64,000 nucleotides of DNA, from NCBI GenBank assembly GCA_951406725.2, contig OX597827.1, positions 63,116,001 to 63,180,000 on the forward strand, read 5' to 3'. How positions within the stretch are numbered: the first letter of the stretch is position 1; every line of letters begins with the position of its first letter. This DNA comes from Octopus vulgaris (Eukaryota). Positions 53,041-64,000 of this stretch are shown one piece after another. The position numbers and the translations under genes were made by a program. Under the pieces are notes generated by a model. The model had not been told where the DNA came from and did no database searches. It saw only the letters and a list, made by a program, of their open reading frames with translations.

Positions 53041-54242
53041 GACGATGGTGTTGTATCTCGTACTGTGCATAAAGGATAGATTTGATATGAATCATGTTAT
53101 AATAAATAAAAAAAGTTAGATGCCGAAAAGGAATGGCAAAATGTCTAGACTATGCTTCTACTTTAGGTAGGGTGGCATTTTGTGTAATTGCTTTTTCCGC
53201 ATTTATTAATGACTTTGAGAAGCGTTTTGCCATCAATTTAGAATCATATTTCTGTTCGCTTCACATAGTATGCAAAGGAACATATAAATTGTAATTGACG
53301 GAAATAAAATGATGGATAGAGAGAATTAGCGTGAGAATTTATTAGGTTACATGCTAGTTTATGCTATTTGCCATATTAAGTTAAATGTTATGATATTTGA
53401 GTATCGTATCTGCCAGCATTTGTTTACACTATTAAATGCTTGTTTAACCTATTCCCCATTAATGGAAAACTTGGAAAACTCAAGAAAAATATAGTATTTG
53501 ATAATCCCTTGTCCTTAAGTTTCAAATTCAAAGAGAATTTTACGTATGAAGCACGTTTAGAGTATGTCCCCTTGAGAGTAAACTAAATATTTCCTGTGTA
53601 TTCAAAATACGTTAGAGAATGGACAAAACATACTAGGTTAGTCAAACTTTTTCTATTAGATACGTAAATTCAAGCATGGATTATGTAGGTGCAGTCTGGC
53701 AAAAGGTTATTTCAGATAACGAAATCAAAAGTTACGAAGATTGATGAAGGACGAGCCAGATATATCACCGGATGTCACAGCAGGACGTTATAAATTTATT
53801 AATTCACGAAGCTGGATTGTTACCAACAGATATCAATGCCAAAATATTAGCCGAAAAATATAGCGGAAATGCCAAAGAGATAATAACAACGCAAACACAA
53901 ATATTTGTTTGTACGACGATAAATTTGAGAAACGACAGACGAGATATATGTGTAACCACATATGTACAGAGGTATAGAGAGAAGATTACGTAACGATCTT
54001 GGAGGACCTGCGACGGCTATGGGCACAACAGCTTCTTCCAGACGAAGCTGATTAAAAAAAGAAGATACAAAATCTATATAACATAACAACATACATAAGA
54101 ATTAAACGAAGATTATTATTTATTAGAAAAGAATCAACAGTGTTCAAAGCATACATGTCGCAAGCAGGTATGTATGTGTGTGTGTGTTTATGTTTGTGTA
54201 AGTGTTTGTGTGTCTAAGTGTCTGGGTGTGTGTATACATATA

Positions 54243-54303
<61 letters not shown>

Positions 54304-54306
<3 letters not shown>

Positions 54307-54715
54307 TGAAGGAGTGGCGGTATGGTAAGTAGCTTGCTTGCGAACCAAATTGTTCCGGGTTCAGTCCCTCTACGTGGCAACTTGCGCAACTGTCTTCTAC
54401 TATAGCTTCGGGTCGACCAAAGACTTGTGAGCGGATTTGGTAGACGGAAACTGAAAGAAGACCGTCGTATACATGTACATATATATATTTATGTATGTGT
54501 GTGTATACGTTTGTGTGTCTGTGTTTGTCTCCCCAACATCACTTGACAGCCGATGCTGGTGTGTTTACGTCTCCGTCACTTAGCGGTTCGGCAAAGAGGC
54601 CGATAGAATAAGTACTAGGCTCAGAAAGAATAAGTCCCGGGGTCGATTTGCTCGAATAAAGGCGGTGCTCCACCATGGCCACAATCAAATGACTGAAACA
54701 AGTAAAAGAGTAAAA
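54304..54715 (+). mobile_element. SINE family A, full length
   Basis: Family match. Confidence 0.9.
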
Positions 54716-55099
54716 TAGTATATATAAAGAGAAAGAGAAACAGAGAGAGATAGAGAAGAGGTGATATATGGAATTGTTCATATTTTAAATTTTTTAATGG
54801 AAACTAGACATATACTGTTCATTTAACATGTCTGATAGTGACTCTATTGTATTCTGTTGGGAAAAGAGAACATAAATTTCGATTATATTAGACGTACTAA
54901 TATATTATATCGGAAGAAAATCCATCAATCAATTTTTATTCCCATCCTTCTATTCCTGAGAATGTCATGGGGGGAGGGGAGTCCTTTGGTACCTTACCTC
55001 CTCCATAGGGTCCTATGAGAAGCAATGGTTATTAAACTTTTCTGATGGACTCCCAAGCGTGACTAACAGGCTGAGTATATTATTCAACTATTCTCACTC

Positions 55100-56000
55100 G
55101 AGTCCTATTCCTAACTCTCATGCCGGTAGGATCGGTTTGAAGGAATCGCCCTTCATTTATTTCTGATTTTTTTTTTATGCTGCATTCTAACCATGTGTCT
55201 GTAGTACCGGAGCTGTGGCCTTTCAAAGCGAAGTAGTGGCTTGATCTTGAGAGATGCCCTGATCGCAGAGGCATCGTATTCTGTGGAGTAACATTACTCC
55301 GGTGATCCATTAGAGGACACCACATATTGGCCTCTTGTGTTTACGATCTTGTTCTTTCGGTCGTGATCGAACACTCTGACCATACTTGAAGATAAGTGCA
55401 AAGGCTGTACTGAATATAGATTGGATTTTTACCAGTCTCATATTTTTGAATATATAATTGTTAAAAATCCGAGGGGCAATGTGAGGAATTATTTCCAAAT
55501 ATTATGCATATTTTTCAGGAGGCAAATTTTGTTGTTTTCTTAACTTGAGGACTGCTGTAATTGAATAGGTCTATAAATGAAGGCATTTTATCATTATCGT
55601 CTGCGCAGGGGTTTCGAACCACATTATCTAATGTTTTTTTTCTTTTTATTTACATAAAACGGTTGGGTGTGAATTTAGCATGATCCAACTGCTATTTTTA
55701 GCTTATCTAGCGAATATGCTCAGGCACCATCTTACTTTAAGACTGGTGGGGAAAACAAATTACTAAAGCAGACTTCTCGTGGGCTATCTAAGCACAGAAC
55801 ATTTTTGCCATGGAGAGGGCTCAGCTGAAGGTACCTAAGTGTTGGAAAGTCATGCTGCATCTAATTCAAACATGTTAGCGATAGATGCCGTATTAATATC
55901 GAGATGTAACATTTATCCCCACTTAAACGAGCGTCCATTATTGACAATACCAAGGAAGGTCGAAATCACGAGATCTGGTGGTCTCAGCGCTGGAGATGTT
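55100..56000 (-). pseudogene. Possible highly decayed LINE reverse transcriptase
   Basis: Frameshifted VP..EP/LSMA..VLCLD near 55830 precedes PCADD near 55600, in RT motif order. Confidence 0.3.
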
Positions 56001-56884
56001 GGAGATTTATCTCTCCACTACCGATATAAATCTTGTTGAATTTTGCACCAAATGTCAATATGAAAGTTGCATCTACCGCAATATAGTTTGTTCTGAGAGA
56101 ACATCCAGGTTTAAGTGGAATAAATATTACAACTAAAAAAAATCAAAATCCAGAATCAGATATTTTAGTATTGCAGCAACTTTCAATCGGCTTTGTCTCC
56201 GATCATTATCAAGATTTTTTTTTTTCATTTCATTTTTTAATGCCTGGATATGTAGCAACCTGGGACCATGCTACCCGTCTTATTACAATTGGTTCTCATG
56301 AACTGCTCTGAATTACATCTATTCAGACGCAATCCATTATGAGTATGTAAACATGCATCGTCTTGCTGTGAAAACAACTCTTGTTTACACACACACATAA
56401 TATCCTAAGTTACGTCATATACTTCGTGGTGCGAAAGAGTTATTAACATCGATCACGTTTCGTTAGAATGACGCCATTTTCTGTACATGACAAAACGTTT
56501 ATAAAACATTCGCAACTAAACTTCTATTAAGAGTATATTGAGTCCTAGGAGGGCTTAAGAAAACTGGAAATCGTGATAGTCTACTTACTATTCACCTGCT
56601 CTTGTACACATGAATTTCAAACCGGAAATAATCTTCACAGCAACATTAAGTTTATTTACATAAGTATAATAATAGAGTGATTGCATCATGCGCTGGGAGG
56701 CTTAATGAGAAAGAATACTAAAGGTGTGCTGTTGTGTTTATGTAAACTTCTCTGCACGAATTAGTGTATTTATAAACGGTACTTCAGCATGGTCTTAGCT
56801 TTGACAGTTAAACGCGAAGGATGTAACTACAGAACATACAATAAAATGTAAATGTCGTTTAATGAAGTTTCTTTATCTTCCGAG

Positions 56885-57120
56885 GTTGCTTGGTCTAGTG
56901 GTTAAGATATTGCACTCACGATCTCTAGGTCGTGGTTTCAGTTTCCGAACTGGAAGCTGCGTGGCGTTCTTGAGCAAAAATGAGTCATTCCAATTTGCTC
57001 TGCGATCACATAGACATCTGACGTGTGGCACGTCTTGTACCTGTAGAGGTAATGTCGATCAGATAGAGGCTATGAGGTTACGTCCAGTGCAGACATTTGA
57101 TCACTATAAACATATCATCA
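56885..57120 (+). mobile_element. Degenerate CORE-type SINE
   Basis: tggtctagtggttaag A-box; gttcttgagcaa. Confidence 0.55.
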
Positions 57121-57124
57121 TTTA

Positions 57125-57332
57125 TTCTTTTATTATTTTGTTCTTTCACTTGATTCAGTCAGTTGGCTGCGGCCATGTTGTAGCACCGCATTTAGTCGAA
57201 CAAATCGATCCCAGGAATTATACTTTGTAAGCCTATTACTTATTTTATCGTTCGCTTTTGCTTACCGCTACGTTACAAGGATATAAACACACCAACATCG
57301 GTTGTCAAGCGATGGTGGGGTGACAAACACAG

Positions 57333-57375
<43 letters not shown>

Positions 57376-57780
57376 ATGAGAATTTACAATAAAACAAAAG
57401 ACGAAGACGGGTGTGTAAACAACAAACAGATGTATTAGTTTAATGCTCGGGAAGTGAGAAAGCCTTTTACGTTTCGAGCCTACGCTCTTCTACAGAAAGG
57501 AACACAAAAATAAACAGGGAGAGAAAATAGAAAATAGAAAAAGGTTTAATGGCTACCGATCTATCATGGCGAATAATCTCTCTCTCTCTCTTTCTCTCTC
57601 GCTCTCTTTCTCTATATATATACGACGGGCTTCTTTCAGTTTCCGTCTACCAAATCCACACACAAGGCTTTGGTCGGCCCGAGGTTTACTAGATGTCACT
57701 TGCTCAAGGAAATGGACCCTCGCAGTGGAAATGGACCCGGAACCAGGTGGTTGGGAAGAAAGCTTGTTACCAACCACGCA
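57125..57780 (-). mobile_element. SINE family A split by a hammerhead-bearing insert
   Basis: Tail 57125-57345, head 57620-57780. Confidence 0.8.
57375..57580 (-). mobile_element. Short hammerhead-bearing element ending at (TA)n
   Basis: Minus: cttt-CTGTAGA-a-gagc gtag gctc-GAAA-cg-TA-aaag (57464-57499). Confidence 0.72.
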
Positions 57781-57849
57781 AGTTGGTTGTTCAGTAAGAA
57801 ATCAAAAAAGTAAAAACAAAATACATTATATTCCGTTTGTTATATTCGT

Positions 57850-58320
57850 TTGGCTATGCTGGAGCACCGTCTTTAGTCGAAAAAAAATCAACCTTGTACT
57901 TATTCTGTTGGTCTCCTTTGCTGAACTGTTAGTTTACGGTGACGTAAAAGCACCAACATCGGTTGTCAAGCGATGATGGGGGCGGAGAAACACAAACACA
58001 CAAGCTTATACATATATATATATAAATACATGCACACACCCGGCAACATCAACGCATTCACACACGTGTGACCTCGCCTCACACCCACATACTCACACGC
58101 ACACATATGCACACACATCCACACAAACATGCACACACACACACACACACACAAACACAAATATATACGATGGGCTTCTTTCAGTTTCCGTCTACCAAAT
58201 CCATTCACAATGTCTTTGGTCGGCCCGAGGCTATAGTAGAAGGTGTCACAAAGTGGGACTGAACCCGGAATCATGTGGTTGGTAAGCAAGCTACTTACCA
58301 CACAGCCACTCCTGTACCTA
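57850..58320 (-). mobile_element. SINE family A
   Basis: Family match. Confidence 0.8.
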
Positions 58321-59144
58321 TGTGTGTGTGTATCCTAGATATGTATATCTTTTATCCATGAGGTCGTGTGTAGGGACGTGTGTGTGTGTATGTGTGTGTG
58401 TGTGCGAGTGTGTATGTGCGTGTGTGTGGGGTGAGTGTACTTGTGTATGTGGGTGTGTGAGGCGAGGTGACAAGTGTGTGAGGGCGTTGATGTTGCCGAG
58501 TGTGTATATGTATGTTTATGTATGCGTGTATGTGGGTGCGTGCTGTGCGTGCGTGCATGCCTGTGTGCGTGTATGTGTATATGCGTATGAGTGTGTGTGA
58601 GGCCGCATGTGTGTGGACGTGTTCATGTGCATGTGTGTGTGTCTGTGTATGTGCGTTAGTGTGAGTGTGCATGCTTGTGTGTGTGTGTGTGCGAACGTGT
58701 GTATATGGGGGTGAACGTGAGATGCGATGCATCACGTGTGAGTCAGTTGGTATTACTGTTTCTGTGTATGTTTCTTTGTGTTAGTGTGTATGTGTATGCG
58801 GATGTGTGTATATAAATGTGTGTATGAGTGTGTGTGACGGTGTGTGACCGTGTGTGTTTGGCCATGTGTGTGCATGGGTGTGTGTGCATATGTATGTGTA
58901 TACGTATGTGTGCGTGTTTGTATATACGTTTGCGCGTAAAGCCAACAGATAATGCATCGATGGTACGCAGATAATTCTTTGTGTTCAGTACGGAGAATGT
59001 ATATATTTCTACCGCTTTAAGACAGTTTTTATTTCCCGATGATATATAACGCAATAGAGCTTCATTCCCTCGACGCACGGCGTTCTTGACCGATATATAA
59101 ATCAACCACCCGTAATGTCAGTAAGCATAATGTATATATATATA

Positions 59145-59443
59145 CTAGCAGTATCGCCCGGCGTTGCTCGGGTTTGTAAGGGAAATAACAATATAAGCAT
59201 TTTTAGAGAGTTACTTCCCTTATACAAACCGAGCAAAAATGCATTAATAATGCGGAAAAATGATGGTAATTTTTTTTTTAATCGTAGACTCATCGTAGAC
59301 GCGCGCTAATACCCAGAAGGGCTCGATATGAATCACGACTATAAGATACCCGCTTTTGGTTAAACTGCACCGCAAAATGTGGGAGTAGTTAGGAATCTAA
59401 ATCGGAGTAGACAGACACACAACTTCAGTTTTATATATAAAAG
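59145..59443 (-). mobile_element. Non-autonomous Helitron, same family as 37137-37531
   Basis: ctagcagtatcgcccggcgttgctcggg...aatcggagtagacagacac. Confidence 0.85.
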
Positions 59444-59639
59444 TGTTTGTGTGTTGCGTGGTTAAGCGATTAAACATCGTCACCTGAATAGTGGATGACA
59501 AAATAATTAGTCTCCGAAACATCTAGATGTCTTCCGAGGTAAGTTGTGGTTAATATTACACATTACATTTTTGTTATCCGGTCTATTTAAGAGCCTATTG
59601 TGTCTTCCATTTGGTTAATTAGCATTGACGTACGCTATC

Positions 59640-59820
59640 CCTCTCTCCCTCTCTCTCTCTTTTCGCACTCACATTATTCTCTCTTTCCCTCTATTCTCTC
59701 TCTTTCTCTCTATTCTCTCTCTTTCTATCTCTCTATTCTCTTCCTCCCTCTCTCTCTCTCTCTTTTCGCTCTATCATTATTCTCTCTTTCCCTCTATTCT
59801 CTCTCTTTCTATCTCTCTAT

Positions 59821-59851
<31 letters not shown>

Positions 59852-59915
59852 TTTCGCTCTCTCATTATTCTCTCTTTCCCTCTATTCTCTCTCTTTCTAT
59901 CTCTCTATTCTCTCC

Positions 59916-59940
<25 letters not shown>
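59640..59940. repeat. CT-rich minisatellite, three ~90-100 bp units
   Basis: cttttcgc...cattattctctctttccctctattctctct occurs three times. Confidence 0.8.
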
Positions 59941-59950
<10 letters not shown>

Positions 59951-59954
<4 letters not shown>

Positions 59955-60603
59955 ATCATATCAAAAGGGAAATGGAATTTAATTAAATTTAAAATATTCA
60001 ATCAAAATTTACATTTCCAGTGGTCTAATATTAAATGGTAAATGTTTTTCATTTCCAAATTTTGTTCCTGTCGAATCTTATCCGTTATTTTTGTGGTTCT
60101 ATGTGTTGAATTTCACCCTAAGTGTGGATTCCTTATGTGTATAAATATACACTATCGTATGACTAATATATAGTCTTCTTGACTATTTTTTTACACGTTA
60201 GACCACTGGAAATGTAAGTTTTGATCGAATATTTTAAATTTAATTAAATTCCATTTCCCTTTTGATATGATTAAACATTATAACATTTTGGATAATTTTC
60301 GGTTAAAGTTGGCGGTTTATTATAGCTACCGATAGGACTGCGATTGCGCAGAAAAATTTGAAAAGTTACTTCGTATAAACAGTAGACAGATAGCAGTCCT
60401 TGTCTTCTGTCTTATGTTTTAACCCAAGGTTGGCCCTCGCCGATGAAGATCAGACCTTGTGAGTTACCCTGACTTGCTAAAGAAGATCAGAAACCAATTT
60501 TGGTCCGGGGTATTAAATGGTAAATGTTTTTCATTTCCAAATTTTGTTCCTGTCGAATCTTATCCGTTATTTTTGTGGTTCTATGTGTTGAATTTCACCC
60601 TAA
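59951..60603 (+). mobile_element. Retrozyme-like / mini-Penelope element: 5' inversion + 482 nt monomer + partial second monomer, in (TA)n
   Basis: 60029-60121 equals 60511-60603; 59953-60028 is an inverted copy of 60198-60273; hammerhead at the monomer junction. Confidence 0.8.
60435..60510 (+). ncRNA. Type I hammerhead ribozyme (C at core position 4)
   Basis: cctcg-CCGATGA-a-gatc...gatc-a-GAAA-ccaa tt ttgg-TC-cgggg; GUC triplet at 60503-60505. Confidence 0.7.
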
Positions 60604-60743
60604 ATATATATATATATATTTGAAACATAGATGAAACATTCCTGTCACAACTTGGGTCCTTGAAGACTGCTTAAATGCAAGAAAGTATACTAGTCCCTTA
60701 ATATTTAATATTCAATAATTCCTCTATACACAATCATACAAAC

Positions 60744-60779
<36 letters not shown>

Positions 60780-60934
60780 GTATGTATATATGTATGTATG
60801 TGTTTGTGTGCATGTGTGTGTATGTAAGCATGTATGTATTCATGCATGTGTGTAAGCATGTATTTATCTATGCGTGTATCTATACATGCATGAGGACATA
60901 ATATTAAAGATAAAAAAACGGAAACCGCTTTCGT

Positions 60935-61275
60935 AGTCTTTAAAATCATGTCAACATCTTCTGAGCAACTGATTTCTATCAGAGTCGACGATTTCTTTTC
61001 TTTATACCAGATCAATATTTCTAGATTGTTGCGCACCATACATTTCACAGGAACATTCCGCCAGAATTCTTTTACAATATGGATGAGATTGTCCTTAACA
61101 TCACTGAAACATCTCATATACTGACCTTTTGAAATTATTATTTCTACGATTTGAAATGTGAAATGTATAATCGTTACATCAAGCCTCATTGCTCGATAAA
61201 ATCTCGATGACATTTCAGACAGCTGTTTATGATGTAAGACACATCTTCAAAGTGAACTCCACAGAGTCTGTATAG
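60935..61275 (-). mobile_element. Decayed RLE-type LINE (zinc knuckle + endonuclease)
   Basis: RLCGVHFEDVSYIINSC, then EFWRNVPVK..RNNLEILIWYKEKKSSTLIEISCSEDVD resembling the RPD..D/E motif region. Confidence 0.7.
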
Positions 61276-61664
61276 TTATGTTTTTTTTTCACGTATGCAC
61301 TATTTCCCGCCGTACAAGTCGATGTTTTCAGGCTAAAATTTACAGCCAAGAAAGGTAGGTCGATTTATATACTCCAAGATGAATTATGAGAACCAAGCAT
61401 TTGGAAAGATTGTGACTATGTGTGATTGTTTACATTACATGCTTAGAAAATATTTTATGCTGAATTGTTGGGCGGAAAATGCTTTAAGTGTTTTTCCCGC
61501 ATCACTAACATTTTTCGTGCATCTGGCATATTGTCTTTGTTTCAATTGTCCGGATTGCAAAAGCGTACTCTACAAAAAAAAAAAAAAGAGCTGACAAAAC
61601 GGCCCTTTAAACCAAGATTTTCAATATACACCACTCTGTTTATCAATATTACCCTCACTATTAA

Positions 61665-61880
61665 AGCAGCGAACTGGCAGAATCGTTACCACGCCGGGCA
61701 AAACGCATAACGGCTTTTCGGTCATCTTTACAAACTGAGTTCAAATTCTGCTGGGGTCAACTTTATCTTTCATCCTTTTGGGGGGTCGATAAAATAAGTA
61801 CCAATTGAGCACTGGAGTTGATGCAATCAACTTGCCCTCTCCTCCGAAATCGTTGGTCTTGTGCCAAAATTTGTAACCAT
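61665..61880 (+). mobile_element. Degenerate SINE family B
   Basis: gcgaactggcagaatcgtta...gagttcaaattc...ggggtcgataaaataagtacc. Confidence 0.8.
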
Positions 61881-61963
61881 TATTATCCTCATTTTGAATA
61901 TTTCCTGACTCTGAAACAAGTAATGTAAGATACATGAATGAAACGGGAAAAGTGAGAGCGAGA

Positions 61964-62045
<82 letters not shown>

Positions 62046-62599
62046 TTCAAATTTAAATTTAATTAAAAAGGAAAACAATTCTTTCAGACTTATAAAGGTA
62101 AGCTCAGAAAACGTTATATCTCTTCGTATGGGAAACTAAAGTGTACAACTCCCAAATGCTTTTTTTTAAATTTTGCTATGAATCTGTAGTTATCATTTGA
62201 TTTCATTTTATTATGCAAGAATTGATTACGATAGTAAGATACAAATTTTAAAAGATACTAGGCACTAAGTTTATCTCAGCATTTCGTAGTTTACAGAGAA
62301 TAACTAATGAGGCCCCCGGAGGATATTTGTACCGCTTTCTCTATCTGTAATCACATAAAACGCTGGAGTACAATAGCTCATTTAGTTACTTGCATTGATT
62401 TGTAACTCCCTTAATTACATAAAAACAGTAAGGGATGGTCATTTGTCTTATATAGAGACAAGATGGCTGAAGGGATGGTTTATTAGATTATCTGTATCAT
62501 GTCGTGAACATATCTAAATCTATTGTAGGTGTTTAATAATATTTTGAAACACAACTCTCTTTTGCTCGACGTCTCACTTCACTTACATAAATTTGACCA

Positions 62600-63230
62600 A
62601 GCTTCCATCCGGTCCTAGAAGACAAAGCTGTTACGCCAGTTCATGTGTAGAATTCAATCCTGCGTGGCCCTAACTACAGATTGTCGATAAATGTCAAACA
62701 ACGTCTCTCACGCTTGGCGGTACCATGCTGTGCTTCTTTCTCCTGGTGCCGCATGGAATTACTTGATATGCGAAGGCGTTGTTCAGTGAACTTGTAGATC
62801 ATTTTTGGAAGAATTCCACAGTGAATGCTGCCATTTCGCATCCAGGGCCATTCGTAGAATTCTTGTGTAACAGCCATCTATTATTTCGCTACTATACGAG
62901 AGCACTGACTCCACAGTGGCAAGGAAGAGTCCCCTTGAGTCTTGACCTCTATATTCTCATGCGTTCGTCACACACTGTCCAAGTTTGTGCTTTTCTTATA
63001 TAAAGATTAGCTGCGAATATACCTCTCCAAACCGAACGCAAGTTAACCTTTGGAAAGGGATAGACCAAGACTTCGGAAACCACCCTACACGGGTTACGAT
63101 ATGCTTATTCAGAAGAGTAAACTTCAATGTTTAATATTGTGAGAACTTGTATGCAACTGGTGCTGGTTTCAAAAAAAATAATTACGTCCTGGATATCTAC
63201 ATTATCCACTGCGTGCTTGTCTTTTAAATA
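62600..63230 (-). mobile_element. Decayed RTE-type LINE, ORF2 C-terminus
   Basis: GILPKMIYKFTEQRLRISSNSMRH...HGTAKRERRCLTFIDNL resembles the RTE RRLR..GH..R..GR...D tail. Confidence 0.6.
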
Positions 63231-63239
63231 TTTAGAGTG

Positions 63240-63562
63240 AAGGCGCGTGGTTTAGTGGTTAGGAGCATTCAGCTCATGATCGTATGGTCGTGAGTTCAAT
63301 TCCCGGCGGCGCATTGTGTCCTTGAGCAAGACACTTTATTTCACGTTGCTCCAATCCGCTCAGCTTGAAAAAATGAGTAGTACCTGTCTTTCAAAGGGCC
63401 AACCTTGTCACACTCTGTGTCATGCTGAATCTCCCCGAGAACTACGTTAAGGGTACACGTGTTTGTGGAGTGCTCAGCCACTTACACGTTAATTTCACGA
63501 GCAAGCTGTTCCGTTGATCGTATCAGCTGGGACCCTCGTCGTCGCAACCGACGGAGTGCTCC
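63240..63562 (+). mobile_element. tRNA-derived CORE-type SINE family D
   Basis: tggtttagtggttag A-box, gagttcaattccc B-box, tgtgtccttgagcaagacacttt CORE-like motif. Confidence 0.85.
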
Positions 63563-63934
63563 TTATAAATATCTAGAAAAGAACATGTCCCAGTTAGCGA
63601 TAATCTGCAATCTGCAAGGGGTGTATGCAACCCCTGTTAGTTTCAACTAATGAAAATCCAAAATGGCCAAAGTTCATTAAAATGTCGCACAAATAGTCGT
63701 GACAATCATCAGACGGGTACTATGAACATCATTCAACAGGACAGGAAGGAAATGTAAAACAAATGTTGTGCTTTATTGCATCTGTCTCCTTTAACAACAC
63801 ATTCAGTACCGCACGAGCCAAACTGGGAGACCCCGAACTGGTCGCTCGGTCCACTAGAAATAAGACCCAAATTTCCTCCAAGAAAATCACACCCTAGAGT
63901 GTGGTCTCAAGTTACCTGCAAATATTTTATATTT

Positions 63935-64000
63935 AATTCATTTCAGTCAATGGACAGCGGCCATGATGGAGCACTGCCTTCAAGGCTTTCGTCGAACAAA
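63935..64000 (-). mobile_element. SINE family A 3' end, cut by the window edge
   Basis: tttcagtca..gac.gcggccatg.tggagcac. Confidence 0.7.

Overview
Repeat-dominated, AT-rich eukaryotic DNA with no recognisable host protein-coding exon. The SINE families and microsatellite load suggest a coleoid cephalopod, probably octopus (inference from recalled repeat families, not a database hit). Most of the ORF track is microsatellite artefact. The window holds about 25 tRNA-derived SINE copies of four families, two decayed Penelope-like (RT + GIY-YIG) elements, restriction-like-endonuclease (R4/Dong-type) LINE ends embedded in (AAT)n, CR1- and RTE-type LINE remnants, a deleted Tc1, a mariner-type MITE, non-autonomous Helitrons, a hierarchical AT-rich satellite and a 3.9 kb frame-perfect (AAT)n array. 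The main hidden signal is about ten type I hammerhead-ribozyme folds from several unrelated short sequence families. Most are followed by a 70-240 nt tail ending at (TA)n, and several sit beside inverted copies of their own sequence. Two have intact canonical cores (1561-1623, 25982-26056), one has a reciprocal G3:C8 swap (52228-52283), and one closes a 482-nt retrozyme-like monomer (60029-60510). All folds were derived by eye; none is tested.
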